DNA of 64,000 bases from Styela clava. Taxonomy: Eukaryota. The notes under the pieces were generated by a model. It was not told the DNA's origin and searched no databases. It saw nothing but the letters and a program-made list of their open reading frames with translations. This document shows positions 28,001-39,950 of this stretch, one piece after another (the first letter of the stretch is position 1; the number at the start of each line of letters is the position of its first letter). The stretch covers positions 4,340,001 through 4,404,000 of the forward strand of contig NC_135250.1 of the NCBI RefSeq assembly GCF_964204865.1. Direction: 5' to 3'. Position numbers and translations under genes: made by a program.

Positions 28001-31000
28001 ATCATTAAAATGGAAAAGTATATCTCAAACTCATTCTCAGTCAAACCTAGTCCAATTCACAACTCTTGACGAAACTATTGGTTTTTACCGATATCAATCC
28101 GCATAATCTTGAGAAACCGGTATCGTGGGAAACTCAGTTATGCTTTCAAGTTGGTATAAATTTATGATGATTATTTTGAATCATTGAGAGAATAGGTACA
28201 TGCGGTTTAGCCGATACATTAAAGGAAACATCGAACGAGAGATAAGAAAATTGTCGCACGACCTGGCCCGCTTTGTTAAGTTTACTTCACTTTTATCTCA
28301 CTGGTTTCGCAGAAATACCTTCATCTTTCTGTTTGTGTACAGGTTGTTTCAGCTCATGTAAATAAATAAGCGTTACCGCGATTTTTATCGTAACGTTTCC
28401 AAAAATGCTAACGACACGATACATAAAAATTTCTTGGAAGAACAACGTGGTCCCCACGAGTAAATAAACAATGTTGATTGTCGATATACTTATTACGCGT
28501 TTATATAAAGAAAAATGATACAAACTGACTGGCGAGTTCAACTACAAAAAAATATAAAAAGCTCAAAAATCGAAGGGTAGAGTAAGCCTTCAGACAGTGG
28601 TTTTGGGGGAAAAAACGCAAAAGAACGATAAGCTGCAGAAACTTTTATTTACATGGTGTTAAAAGTAACACAAAATTAACAGAAGTTAAGATGAAATGCT
28701 ACTTCAAACATTTAACTACTGACATCTTTTAACAGTATTGAATTACGGCAAAATGCCATTTAAACATTTCATGACTGACACCTTTTAACAGTATTGAATT
28801 ACGGTGAAATGCCGTTTTAAACATTTCACGACTGACACCTTTTGACAGTATTCAATTACGGTGAAATGCCGTTTTAAACATTTCACGACTGACACCTTTT
28901 AACAGTATTGAATTACGGTGAAATACTGTTTTAAACATTTCACGACTGACACCTTTTAACAGTATTCAATTACGGTGAAATGCAATTTAAAACATTTTAC
29001 GACTGACATCTTTTACCAGTATTAAATTACGAAGAACTTCCATTTAAACATTTCACGACTGACACCTTTTAACAGTTACTTTTTTACCGTTGTCATGACG
29101 AAAAATTGAACCTTAATTTTTAACACCCTGTATTGTTGATATAATTTAATTGATCCTTTAGAATTAGATCATGATGGTCCAAATCCATAACGTTAAGTTC
29201 ATAGAATTTTCAAACCGAACCGAGCATGGCACTGAATGCGTCTGCGATTTGTTGCCATTTGTCGAATTATAATTAAATTATAGGCTCATTAAACGAGTAA
29301 TTGTGAATTATACTTGTTAGAATATAATGTAATTTAGTCTACACGCGTCTCACAATGAATTGTGTAACGTGAAAAATATAATCGTCAAAACAGCTGTTTT
29401 GTTACTATAATTCAGTAAAGCGTCGCGGGCCGGATTACGTTACTCCGCGGGCCAGACCCGGCCCACGGGCCGTAGGTTGCTGACACCTGGCCTAAACGTT
29501 CACAAAACAACGCAATGGTGTCCAACTAAAAGCTAGAATGCATGGTATTTCGGAAATTCGGGTGGAAATACCTAGGGGCTCCACCCACCTCCTCAGAAAC
29601 GAAACTTCTACAAAAATTTTGTGCCATTGCGGTCCCTGAGTAAAGTTACTTTTTTACTCTTGCAGCGTCATATTTGTAAGACAACGAAATAGTTCGAAAT
29701 ATTCTTAACTTCAAAAGCTTATAACTTTCTAACAACTAAGCAAGTAGGGTATTGAGACATTTCAAAGAAAAGCAGATGTGATCGTGAAATCAGAAAATAA
29801 TATCATATTTTGTACATACATTTGATCAAAATATGTCCTAAATACAACTAAGTTTTCCATGGACATAATGTCATCAAATGAAGATGTTTAAAAATTAAGC
29901 AAAAATATGTTATTCAAAACACGCAATAAAACCTTTGCTAACGATTACAAATGATATGACTGTAGTAGAACATCTTAAAATAGAGAGAAACAGCCAGAAT
30001 AGATAGATTATTTGCAAAACTGTAATCTTATTTACCCCATTGCCATCAAACTATATCTCAGACCGATTCAATAAATTCAGTACACCAAACCTGTACACAA
30101 AAAAATTAAATACTTCTTACCCTGAAGGATGCACAGTTTTCCGCAATTTCTTCGACATTTGTTTCACCCATGGTAATGATTGCTAGAGGTATAGTTGCGG
30201 TTATGAGGATTGCACCCATATTCTGAATAAATTGTAATAATTAGATTTTTTTGACTTTTTTTTTTTGTACGGATTTCATATAGCACAATAATTTACGTTA
30301 ACTCTGAAGTATTTCAACGACTTGCGTACTTTTACCATATGACTCTGATCACGAATAAATTGCCTGCCTAGATAAAGCCTTATTGTAAGCAAAACTTGAA
30401 TAAAACATATCTCAAAAGTTTGGTGAAATGCATTTAATGTCGAACTAAGGGGTTGTGGCATAACTTAGAGCTGGGTTTCCCTAACTGGGGGTCACGATCC
30501 CGCAGGTGGGCGCGCAATGGATTTTAGGGTCGCAAAGAGTACACTAATTTCACACAAGTTGTACATTTTTCAGACAATTCAGCAAATGAAACCTATTTTT
30601 GCTTTCACAGTCTCGCAGTAGCGTCTATAGTGCTTATTATCATTATGGCCATATTTTATTAGATTTACTACCATTATTACATTCGTTGTTTAACATTATT
30701 TCAAATATTACATATAGTCATATATACAAAGGTTTAAAAACATACTATTTGAATGTTTTAGAATCAGTGGTTTTTGAGGGGGCGTGAAGCTGATTAAAAT
30801 TAAAATATTTGTTAGATTTGATCTTGCCCGCCTTATATGGATATTTACATTTCAAAACTTTTCATTTACTTTATTAATTACGTTCCATTCACGTATTTTC
30901 AACATGTTTTTTGTTTAAAACACACTTTACTATCTGTTATTTGTAGCTTATTGTTAGCTAGTTATTTTTGAGGTGGGACGCGAGACTTGACAAGTTCTAA

Positions 31001-33218
31001 AAAGGGGCCAAAAACGTTTGAGAACCACTGCATTGGATTGTGAAAAGGAATTTGCTTTTCGCGTTCCCCAGCAATTTTGCATTAAATTGACCAGCATTTA
31101 TGTGCTTGTATTACATGCTATCGTGTTATCTTTGTGTTAGTATTTATATTTCTCATTCAAATCTATATGATACTATAAAAGCTGAAAAATGCCGCTATAT
31201 TAGGGTTTCGTGAGTTAAAGCTTTTAAAAATGCCACAAAATAATGCAGTACCTCATTAAACGTCGTTATATGTTGAAAAATGAATTTTTGAATGATTATA
31301 AGTTTATTATAAGGCGGAAATGTTAGATTACCCATTCTAAATTTTTCAATACAGTAGTCCGAAACCGGTAGAATTGTCATCAAAAGTAAATTAGACGAAT
31401 TGAATATTAACTAAATGTTTTTAATTATGAAAGTAAAATTGATAATTGATAATTGATTTTTGATCTAAGATAATAAACATAATTGTACTAAACATAGCAA
31501 TTGAATTTGTATCGTCTGCGTCAGTCAAAGTGACATAATACCACATTCGCTTAAAATTGGTCTTTGATTAGAACTATGTAAATGTTTTTACTTTTATGTT
31601 TCGATATCAACAAGCGATAAAGTCTAAAACGTTCTTACTCATTTCATGTTCACGCAGAATTAAGTAATGTCAAGCTACGTACTTTTAGAGAAATTGGCCA
31701 GGAGAATTGACTTTCAAACTTGAATCAGGAGTTTATAAACATAAATAAATAATATGATTTAACTTAAAGAAACTCTTAAATCGTGTAGTCTTGTTTATTT
31801 TTGGTACAGTATACTTGCATTATACATTGCTTACGGATCTACAAGCGCAAAGGCATATAGGGAGGATAAGTAGACAGTCTTGCTTGACCACAGCAACTGA
31901 TATTTAATTGAAATATAAATTAATAATTGTTTTTACAATTAATATAATCAATTTCCGTCAAGCTGTGTTTTAATGGATGATTCAAAATCTCACGAAAGAA
32001 GTTTTTGATATTTCCAAATAAAGTTTTTTGCTTGAGTTTAATTGTGGAATACTGTACAGAAAAAGTAATAACATGGACAGTAATAAATAATTTTTAAACA
32101 AAAAGGAATAAGCTAACTTCAAATAGTAACTTCGTTTTACAAAAGACAGTATACTTTCAGCAATGTGTCTATATTTCCTCTTGTTTTATGTTTCATATGC
32201 CACACTTGTTGACATATTTTAGGTAAATTTTGTTTATGGAACAACATGCAGATACGTTGCATGTACTCAAATAAGTCAGTTTCGACCGCCATATAAGCAT
32301 CAAGTTCATAGGTATTTATATCCACAAAAAATTGAATAGACTCTTTTATATCCATATTATATTTATCATAACAAAAACCCGCGTATAGGATGCTTGTGGT
32401 TATGTTTGACATTTAAGGTTTTAAGGTCGATTTTGAAAATGAACTTGATAATTTAATATACAAATACATTTAGATAAACATTCTTTCATAATGGAAAAAG
32501 ATTTGCGCGTTCATTTAGAGTTCAACGTTCTCGTTAAATTGAATTGCGTTGAGCGTTGAACGAGCGCTCTGTATAAAAAAGCGGTCAAATTTAGACACAG
32601 ATTTTTGGTGGGTGTTGATTTGGTTGATATAGCGCAACTAACCACGCCTCATTACAAGAAACGGGAATATAAAGTCATTCCATATTTGTATTCATAGTGT
32701 TGGCCATCTGCTGCTTGATATTAACGTTTCAGTGTAACTGACCATTCGTATAGCAGTTTATATTATATTTAATTTGTAATATAAAAGGATTAAAATTAAT
32801 GATTCGTGGTATTTTATTGTGAATTTTCATGACAGGCGAACGAGCAAAGTACAACATTATTTAATCACTATATTCTCATTTGTTGCTCACAAAATAAGAA
32901 TAGTGATGTAACCCTATAGAATTTGAATATCAAATAAAAAAAAATTGGACGAGACTGCGATTGCATTCGTCACTGCATTCGTCACGGAGCAAAATTCAGA
33001 TGATAAACAGTTTAAAGACAGAATAGGAAAACATTTTTCAGAATGTGCAAAACCATATTAGCAGCAAATTCACTAAAATGGCATATTCAAATGAAGGGAG
33101 GAAAAAATCAATTTAAAAATATCATATTAAATCAAATTACCATGCCAACAAAACTGAAAATAGCTCCCAACTTCCAATCTTGAAAATAGAACTTTCGTTC
33201 CATCGCAGACATCGTCAT
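4196..33218 (-). CDS. Tetraspanin-Patched-domain (PTCHD3/NPC1-like, sterol-sensing RND) fusion protein, 19 exons, ~1160 aa
   Basis: Exons 33218-33141, 30222-30121, 18898-18797, 18396-18253, 17658-17049, 15971-15764, 15062-14851, 13377-13308, 12747-12538, 12350-12116, 11671-11534, 10966-10841, 10017-9854, 9137-8973, 7337-7196, 6674-6520, 5673-5489, 4862-4627, 4396-4196. Total 3483 nt, all phases compatible, all GT-AG. In-frame TAG upstream of the ATG. Motifs: CCG (tetraspanin), GIGVDDMF, AGVSITVTSVTD, GLAVDYAAH, GPAVFNGGFST (Patched family). Confidence 0.88.
5134..5340. mobile_element. Merlin-like MITE (type A)
   Basis: Family termini and internal ACAACTTGATGTAAA block. Confidence 0.7.
6241..6476. 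mobile_element. Merlin-like MITE (type B, long TIRs)
   Basis: GG...CC termini, ~75-bp TIRs, perfect 8-bp TSD AGTTAGTC. Confidence 0.85.
7772..8111. repeat. Near-perfect inverted duplication (149-bp arms, 42-bp spacer)
   Basis: 7772-7920 is the reverse complement of 7963-8111 with one mismatch seen. Confidence 0.95.
8048..8555. mobile_element. hAT-type MITE
   Basis: TIRs CAGGGTTACCATA / TATGGTAAGCCTA; perfect 8-bp TSD GACTTAAC. Confidence 0.82.
10278..10483. mobile_element. MITE with internal ATTTGAACCC repeats
   Basis: Repeated CATTTGAACCC units, central CTAACCCTAACCC, flanking direct repeat TTTTTAG. Confidence 0.6.
10841..12350 (-). CDS. Fusion gene exons 10-12 (sterol-sensing domain)
   Basis: PFLIIGIGVDDMFILIQSW; SAGVSITVTSVTDLVAFAVG; LDQRRREENYDACLACC. 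Confidence 0.93.
12538..15971 (-). CDS. Fusion gene exons 6-9 (Patched first luminal domain to TM2)
   Basis: Exons 15971-15764, 15062-14851, 13377-13308 and 12747-12538, including GGITRDGKGDIIGAKA and WEKAFI motifs. Confidence 0.88.
15329..15525. mobile_element. Merlin-like MITE (type B)
   Basis: TIRs; TSD AACAAATG/AACAAATC. Confidence 0.78.
16007..16446. mobile_element. hAT (Charlie-like) MITE
   Basis: TIRs CAGGGGTGTGCAA / TTGCACATCCCTG; perfect TSD GTTTAGGG. Followed directly by the start of a second MITE related to 48187-48503. Confidence 0.82.
17049..17658 (-). CDS. Fusion gene exon 5 (CCG-EC2, TM4, cytoplasmic linker, start of Patched TM1)
   Basis: YSCCGFDSPDEY...DGCYDK...FIDFIMFVIFMAGILKR...STLENGFYWLGVQVGSNPKMVILLSLILT; one open frame, tag/gtgag. 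Confidence 0.92.
18253..18396 (-). CDS. Fusion gene exon 4 (TM3 and EC2 helices)
   Basis: VTVFLIINTGLALALLIWGLIPTDARKEYIGEVWKEADMRTKNLIQNH; cag/gtaag. Confidence 0.87.
18797..18898 (-). CDS. Fusion gene exon 3 (tetraspanin TM2)
   Basis: PLSHWLIGMGGITFLACTLALIATFAHKRLYHIF; cag/gtaagt. Confidence 0.85.
22680..22958. mobile_element. Foldback-type MITE with CCGCAGGAAATTT subrepeats
   Basis: Inverted arms (GCAGGAAATTTCACCGC...CCGCAAGAGCATTTT versus AAATGCTCTTGCGG...AAATTTCCTGCGG). Confidence 0.6.
23621..23949. mobile_element. hAT-like MITE family E copy
   Basis: Homologous to 51051-51464; ends GAAATGCCCAGCTCTA. Confidence 0.65.
25470..25745. mobile_element. Interspersed repeat with GTTT/GTCT microsatellite (DINE/Helentron-like); second copy at ~26290-26620
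   Basis: Two diverged copies of GATCGGTAAGTATGTTGATAGGTATTTGTCTGTTTG...ATCTCACGAAAGC...AAATTTTGCATGTG. The class assignment is inference. Confidence 0.55.
26860..27910. repeat. Compound minisatellite, ~100-130-bp units with embedded (TG)n tracts
   Basis: About 9 units of AAGTTGACTTATTTTG...GCATGACTCAGAATATTCATCAGTG followed by variable TG repeats. Confidence 0.85.
28652..29130. mobile_element. Tc1/mariner-type MITE containing a 57-bp tandem array
   Basis: TA|CATGGTGTTAAAA ... TTTTAACACCCTG|TA. ACTGACA recurs at 28718, 28774, 28831, 28888, 28945, 29002 and 29058. Confidence 0.75.
30121..30222 (-). CDS. Fusion gene exon 2 (TM1 end and EC1)
   Basis: NMGAILITATIPLAIITMGETNVEEIAENCASFR; cag/gtaag, phase 0-0. 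Confidence 0.72.
33141..33218 (-). CDS. Fusion gene exon 1 (N-tail and start of tetraspanin TM1)
   Basis: MTMSAMERKFYFQDWKLGAIFSFVGM; donor gtaatt; upstream in-frame stop. Confidence 0.7.
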
Positions 33219-33700
33219 CGCTTTTTGACGCCAAAGCTAGCCGTGTAGGTCGACTGAAACTAAACCAGCAGGATGGTATATCCGACAGCCCTAAAGCTTA
33301 ATTACAGGTTCAGGTTTCTAGGATAATGAAGCAATGCTCATATACTGTAATTAAGAGAGAAATGTTAGGTTACGTTTTAACATAATTGCACTTCTATGAA
33401 AACGTTTTTCGAAGTTGTCTGACTCATATTTTAGTAATAAACAGCCTTAAACTAAATTATATTCGGGATATTCAATAATTGATGAGTTCTCAAATTGGTG
33501 CATTGTTTGCTTCAATTTAAAGCCATTTGATACAATCAAATACTTGAATTGTGTTCTATTAAGCCTGTAAATTCAGTCATGTGAACATAATAATATAATA
33601 AGTTTGTATATAACTATTTATAAATAGTCAGCTGTTACTATTATTTCACTGGTACACTACGTAAATTAAAAAATGTTCGGTGTAATGGTATATCTTTGTC

Positions 33701-33900
33701 GGCGCTCCAGAAGTATGTGTACCAATATGGAGGTAACTAATTTTGTTCGCCTACTTTACATCAAGTTATGTAAAGGGACTGAAACCTATGGACAGGGGGT
33801 ATATTCACTTGGCCTACAGCGACAGTCTCCGAACTCGTAATAGAAATAAAATAAGAAAACTAAAATAAAATTATGGCCTAACCCTAACCTGATACACACC
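33701..33900. mobile_element. Merlin-like MITE (type A)
   Basis: Family sequence in reverse orientation, about 480 bp upstream of the fusion-gene ATG. Confidence 0.7.
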
Positions 33901-35469
33901 ATTTGTCTGTCACCTCGCCCAGACCGAAAAGTAAAACACCCCCGAAAACGATTCATAATTTCCAACAACTTGCAAACACCGAGATTACAAAAATTTCTTT
34001 TTCTATTATTTACATTAAAACATATCACAGTTCTACTTCCACGTGGTATATAACAAGGTATCTGCTAAAGTTGACTTAAGTGAAAATTATTATTATATAA
34101 GTTAATTTACTAAAAACGAAATCTATTTAACTATACCTCTTATTAAATGAAGATTTACCACCTCTAGTCTGCTACATTTCCGCAATGATTTGTTCTTTTA
34201 TTGGAAACTATTTTGAATTTTTCGAGAGAATTTTTTGTCGCAAATATGAGAGTTATAAGCACTTTTTTGCGAAATTTTAAAATACCGTTAGAGCTTAAGA
34301 TGAACATAAGAGTTTCGTAAAGTCGTAAACCGCAACATGACGGATTATATTATGCACAAGCTGATGGAATTTGTGTAAAGTCATAATAATTTTGTATTCA
34401 GTTTAGGTCATGGAAAGTCAGTGAATTTTGGATATGAATAAATTACGGTGACATGACAAGAAAGGGTTAGCATATCCTTCATAAGACATACAACGGTACT
34501 GCACCAATAAATTATATATATGAATATATAGCGTGCGTATCAAGAAAAGTATTCTAAAACCCTTCTAAACGGCAGACACAAAAGGGCCGGATCAAACACT
34601 TCGGTAGGCCGGATCAGGCCCGCGGGTCGTGATTTTCCCACCACGAGTTCCAACTAATTAGCTTAATACTAATCGTAGTAAATAGTAAAAATTTTGTGAA
34701 TCGATCTCGCCTTATATTGACTTTATATTAGATAACAATCTTAATCTATATTATCAACGAATTTGACACCTATTTGCAGATCATTACAACAATTTATCAA
34801 CCACAAGTTGCGATATGATCAGTCTTTGCAAAAATCTTTGTGTATTATTACAACAGTAAAAGATCGGTGACTAAACAACCTGCCGATTTGTGTGTTATGC
34901 TATCCATACATATTATATTATGTATTTATTGAACACAAAGAGGATTGTCGCCGTTGGGAAAAAAGGAACAAATGGGACTATCATTTTCAAATACTGAAAA
35001 AAGATGAAGGAGTATGCTGGAAAGCTATTACCACTTTCTTCAGTCATCCTCCAATTCCCACGGGCCTCTATCGGTAACGTTAGCATTATCCTATTTCATT
35101 TCGAACGAACGGTTTACATTTCTGAATTCACTTTCTCAACATTCCTGTTCAACTCTCATTATAAATCGGTCGATGTTTCAATATTACTCCTACATTATTT
35201 TTCCAAAAAATTCTATCGTGGTAGATGTACGCATAATTTAGATATTGCTTGCGTGTAAACTTTGTCATACTTTCACTTCTGTATTTTTTAAATATGCGTT
35301 TCTTTACGTAAATACGTAAAAAGGTATTCGGTGGCGAAGTATAAAAACAGTACGCGAACTACAAAGTTACATGCCCACTGTTTTGCTGCCATATTTCATC
35401 AAAGTTTGAAATACTTATATACTGCGTTGCCTTACAAAAATACGTAAAATCTAATACGTAAAAAATAAT

Positions 35470-35683
35470 ATGCGAACCATCATGGCGGACACCGAAACGT
35501 AGTATGTGTACCACGTAAGAATTAGGCCATAATTTTAATCCCAGTTTCCTTATTTTAGTTATATCACAAGTTCGTGGACTAGCCGAGTGTCTCCCTGTGC
35601 CTGAGATTATGACCTAATCCTAACCTGGTACACATACTACGTTCCGGTGTCCGCCATCTTGGTTCACATATCACAGGAATACC
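35470..35683. mobile_element. Merlin-like MITE (type B)
   Basis: Family TIR sequence. Confidence 0.7.
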
Positions 35684-37744
35684 ATAAAAACAGTACGCAC
35701 ATCATAAACTATAAAGTTACCAGTGTAATGTTACCATCGAAAATACTGACTGAGTTCACACCGACATAACTGCACCATATTGTCTCTAACTGTGTCGTAG
35801 TTCACAAACATACGCGGAAGTGAAGCTATTCTAGCCCACGTATTGTTAATTCGTGATTATACGTCACAACATTATACAAATGACAGGTATACAGGCGTTC
35901 AAAAAGTTATGTAATAAATTGGGCTGAGGAATTTTGATTCGCTTCGTGCAACTGACGGTGGGAATATGAAAGTTTATTAAGTGAAAATGAAAGAACATAT
36001 TCAAATAAAACAAACCTGGTTAAGATATTTTGGGAACTGACTTCATAACAAAATTTTGATTGTAACAGGACTTTATTATCAGTTCGTATATATATACAAT
36101 AGTATACCAATATTTGTAACTTAAATTAACTTTTTCCGAGCTTTCGATATTTCTAAACCAAGCAGTTATTTACTTTAGGATTCATATAGTAAGTACCATG
36201 TCTCAGTCATTCATATAACTTATAATATTCTTTGCGCTGTATTAGCTTATGAATTTACCATGAAAAGCACTTGTGAATACTTTTTTTTTTACAGTATATA
36301 TACTAATGAATGAGTAAAGTCATTTACTAGTCGGTGCTGGAAATGTTACTCCACAAATTTGCATGGACTGTCAATTGTATCATGTCCTATATCACCTTTA
36401 AAAAAGATATTGCACAGTTCCACTGTGACGTGAGTAAGTTCTCACCTACTAAGGTTAGAGTTATAAATAAGTGATAACTAGAAATGAAATTCAAAATTTT
36501 AGGAACGGCTCTCTTTTGCGTCAAATTCGTTAACAACGGGTTCCCTCATTTTAGTAAATGTATGTATGTCACTAAGTAAGCATCATTAATATAATACGCT
36601 TCACATAAATCTAAGACATAAGTTTCGAAACGCAAAATATATAGCTAGTCGTCAGCTGTGATGCACGAAACCCATTTGCTGCGCCCGTCCAACCTCTAAA
36701 ACTAAGAACAACGGGGTCGCTCTTGAGCACAACACCCCAAGAACGGTTCTTGCGAACCCACTGTACCCAATCACTGGCGATGACCCTTAGGGATATAAAA
36801 ATGCACTTTATAGTACCAGCTCAATGCAGATCACACGCTAAAGTGTGTTAGACCCCAAGCTATCATAGTGGATCTCACATTATAGTACTGAACCCATCTC
36901 ACGCTGAAGTACCGGCTTGTGCACGATATAATAGCAACCAATTACACACTGATTCTCGCATACTGTTAACCTGTTTTTTACGTATCTCATCATAATCTAT
37001 AGTTTGCTCCGTTAGACGATTTGTCAGTTGTCTTATAAAACCTTCGAATAGTTCAAATTGGGACGGCATCTTCAGTTATAATAATCAGGTACTATTTCAA
37101 TCAATGCATCAATTAACTGGTATTATATCAATTACGACCATTTGATTTTGAAATCGATCTACACATATTACAAAGTTTAAAATAGAAAATGGAGTTTTCG
37201 CCTGTCACGTATAATGCCAAATCTATACTAGGAGATTTAGAAATACTGCACACTAACACAAATGAAATACATTTTTGTCTTCGCAAGGTTTTGTCTGACC
37301 GAATTCAGATTTCCCTAGACTGGCAGTTCACAACAATGACAACACATGAACAGTCTCGCAGTACATTATTCATATCCATTTTTAGCATAGCTGGAAAATG
37401 CATAGTGGTGCTGTACGAACGTCAGCTATCTTCTGCTTAGTACAATTACCTGTATTGTATCGCTAGAGATGTTGATATTTTATGAGCTGTTTTGCTTCTT
37501 TGCTTTACTGTAGATGTGGACAAATAAGTAGCTATTATTGAAGGACTGCAATTTTTCTGCTTCGGTGGCAGCCTGTTGAATAGCCTAGTCGAATTTGTTG
37601 AGAGAGGGTGATTGATGGTCATGAGGCTTTAACCCAAGAGATCACAAAACTAACACAGTAAGTTATGAATATCACCAAGTAAAATAAATACGTCATTTTT
37701 TTGCAATTTTACAACTTCAATTCCGCAAAGATACATCCATTTTT

Positions 37745-37958
37745 GATACACCCGTAGTATGTGTACCAGGTTAGGGTTAGGTCATAATTTTATTCCGATT
37801 TTTCTTTATTTTAGTTTTATTACGAGTTCGGGGACTTTTGTGTCAGCCAACTTAATATATCCCCTGCCCATAGGTTTCAGTTCATTTACACAACTTGATG
37901 TAAAGTAGGCGAACAAAATTTGTTACCTCCATATTGGTACACATACTTCTGGAGAGCC
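37745..37958. mobile_element. Merlin-like MITE (type A)
   Basis: Family sequence. Confidence 0.72.
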
Positions 37959-39714
37959 CTATTTACACAACTTCAGCTACACAAGAGATTTGTCAATTTT
38001 AACCATAATAGAGATAAAAATACATAGTGGCGCTGTACAAACTTGAAAAAGCTTCTGCTTGCTACAACTACATTTATGCTATCGTTAAACTTTTATTAGC
38101 TAGAGTATGACAACATTAATCCCGGCATTATTTATATCAGTAATACCAATTTAATTATGTTATGGGTGTGAATCATATACACGTAGGCTGTCATAATGCG
38201 TTATGAAGTTGAATGAAATATTTTAAATGGATATCACAATTATTAGAGGCGGGAAGTATACATAACAACTAACATACAAAACCATCTAACCAGTAACGAT
38301 CAACCGTTGAACTAATAATCTAATCACTGTTATAATTGAAAAAAAGATTACCGCACAGTTAAACTTTGATCTACATAATATTGAATGATATCAAATTCGT
38401 TGAATTCAGTTCTGTGTAATTTAAACCCTTTGATCGTCTTATCGCGGCATACTTCTTATGTTTCATTGTGCTTGCAGTATAGTGCTGTACAGACTTAGAG
38501 AAATATATATGAAATGATATAAAAATTTGAAAAATTTAGTTCCATCTAACAAATTTGAGTCTTTGATCATTTTTTCCACTAAATCTTTTAACCTTTTTTG
38601 AGAGTTGATAACGTAAATCAAGCTCCATATTTTTAATAAACGCATTGAAACTTTGACGTTCCAATCGATGATGAAGTATTTATGACCAATACGCCGGACA
38701 ATTTTAATTAATCACGCACGCCACGTCAACTGTGCGTCATTTGATGCCGCTATCGATTTGACAAATTTGCAAAATTACTGAGAAATGCACGTTGCTTTAC
38801 CAAGAATAAAAAGGCAGATTCATTGTTTCTCTTTAGCAAATATTTTTACCTTACATCAGAGTGGTCCAAGGTTGCTAGATTGAAGGGCCGCATTCCGAGG
38901 AGACCTTGCGGGTCGCAGTCGGCATAAACCAAAAGTGATCAAAATACTGCGAGTTTAGTTACTTCAAGTATTTTAATGGACGAGAGTTTACCGCTCTCAT
39001 CAGCGTATTATTGCCTTACGTTGTTAATTGATACAGATGACCTGACGTGGAAACACGACGTAATAAAATTATTACAACTGTATCTCCGAATAAACTGATA
39101 CTACAGAGGGTGACCCTAAACAGAACACATCAATGTCATGATTGCTTCTACAAAAATTAATAAAATTCACTAACACTTGAACTTCTGTTTGTGTATGATT
39201 ATACCCAAAAGCTTCAGTAATCTAGGACGCATTGCAATGAAGTTATGTTATTTCTAGAATATGTCCCGAATGACCGAATTCCTGTTATTTTGAGCTACCT
39301 TGCACTAACTGATATTGTCTGACTTCATTTGCACTGTACGTTTTCGGGAGATGTCTATTTTAAAAAATGTTCAGCAACCTAGGACGATTTGCACAAATGT
39401 TATGTTCTTTCTAGGATATCTCCCAAATGACCTGGCTTCTGCTAAATACCTTGCTTTTTGAAATTTGGCTACAAAAAGGACAACCGTTGTAACCACAAAA
39501 CACCTGTGGCATCGGGTTAATATTTCATTATATCAATTACCAACTCTCCGACGATTTAAAACGCCAATTTCCAACGAAACCTGTTACATCGAATACCAAA
39601 AGCCGTAAACTTATCCTTTCATTAATTTGAAAATTACACGTTGTTCGTCAGCATAGTAACCATAATTTAAACGCTCGACTACGCTTCTATTGAACTTCTC
39701 TATATACAATAAAG

Positions 39715-39950
39715 GGTGCTCCCGAAGTATGCGAACCAAGATGGCGGACATCGGAACGTAACATGGGTAACAGGTTAGGGTTAGGCGATAATTTCTTTCC
39801 AATTTTTCTTATTTTGGTCCTATTATCAGTTCGAAGACTAGCCAAGAGCCTCCCGTAGTATTTATACTTAAAATTATGACCTAACCCTAACCTAGTACAC
39901 ATATTACATTCCGATGTCCGCCATCTTGGTTTGCATACTTCGGGAGCCCC
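39715..39950. mobile_element. Merlin-like MITE (type B)
   Basis: Perfect TSD CAATAAAG, long TIRs. Confidence 0.85.

Noticed and set aside
28700-29075. CRISPR-like periodic array
   Set aside because: Whole 57-bp units repeat with no unique spacers, the context is eukaryotic, and there are no cas genes.
4196-33218. Two separate genes (tetraspanin and PTCHD) mis-merged
   Set aside because: No stop codon or intron separates tetraspanin TM4 from the Patched TM1 region; both are in exon 17049-17658.
34892-35258. Three overlapping short ORFs, possibly a retroelement fragment
   Set aside because: No RT, endonuclease or integrase motif could be identified.
37449-37622. Exon-like 58-codon minus-strand ORF ending at a GT donor
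   Set aside because: No recognisable homology and no partner exon. Fusion-gene exon 1 has an upstream in-frame stop, so it cannot extend that CDS.
38975-39010. Second hammerhead candidate (CTGATGAGAG...CTCTC on the minus strand)
   Set aside because: The GAAA box is missing after the stem.
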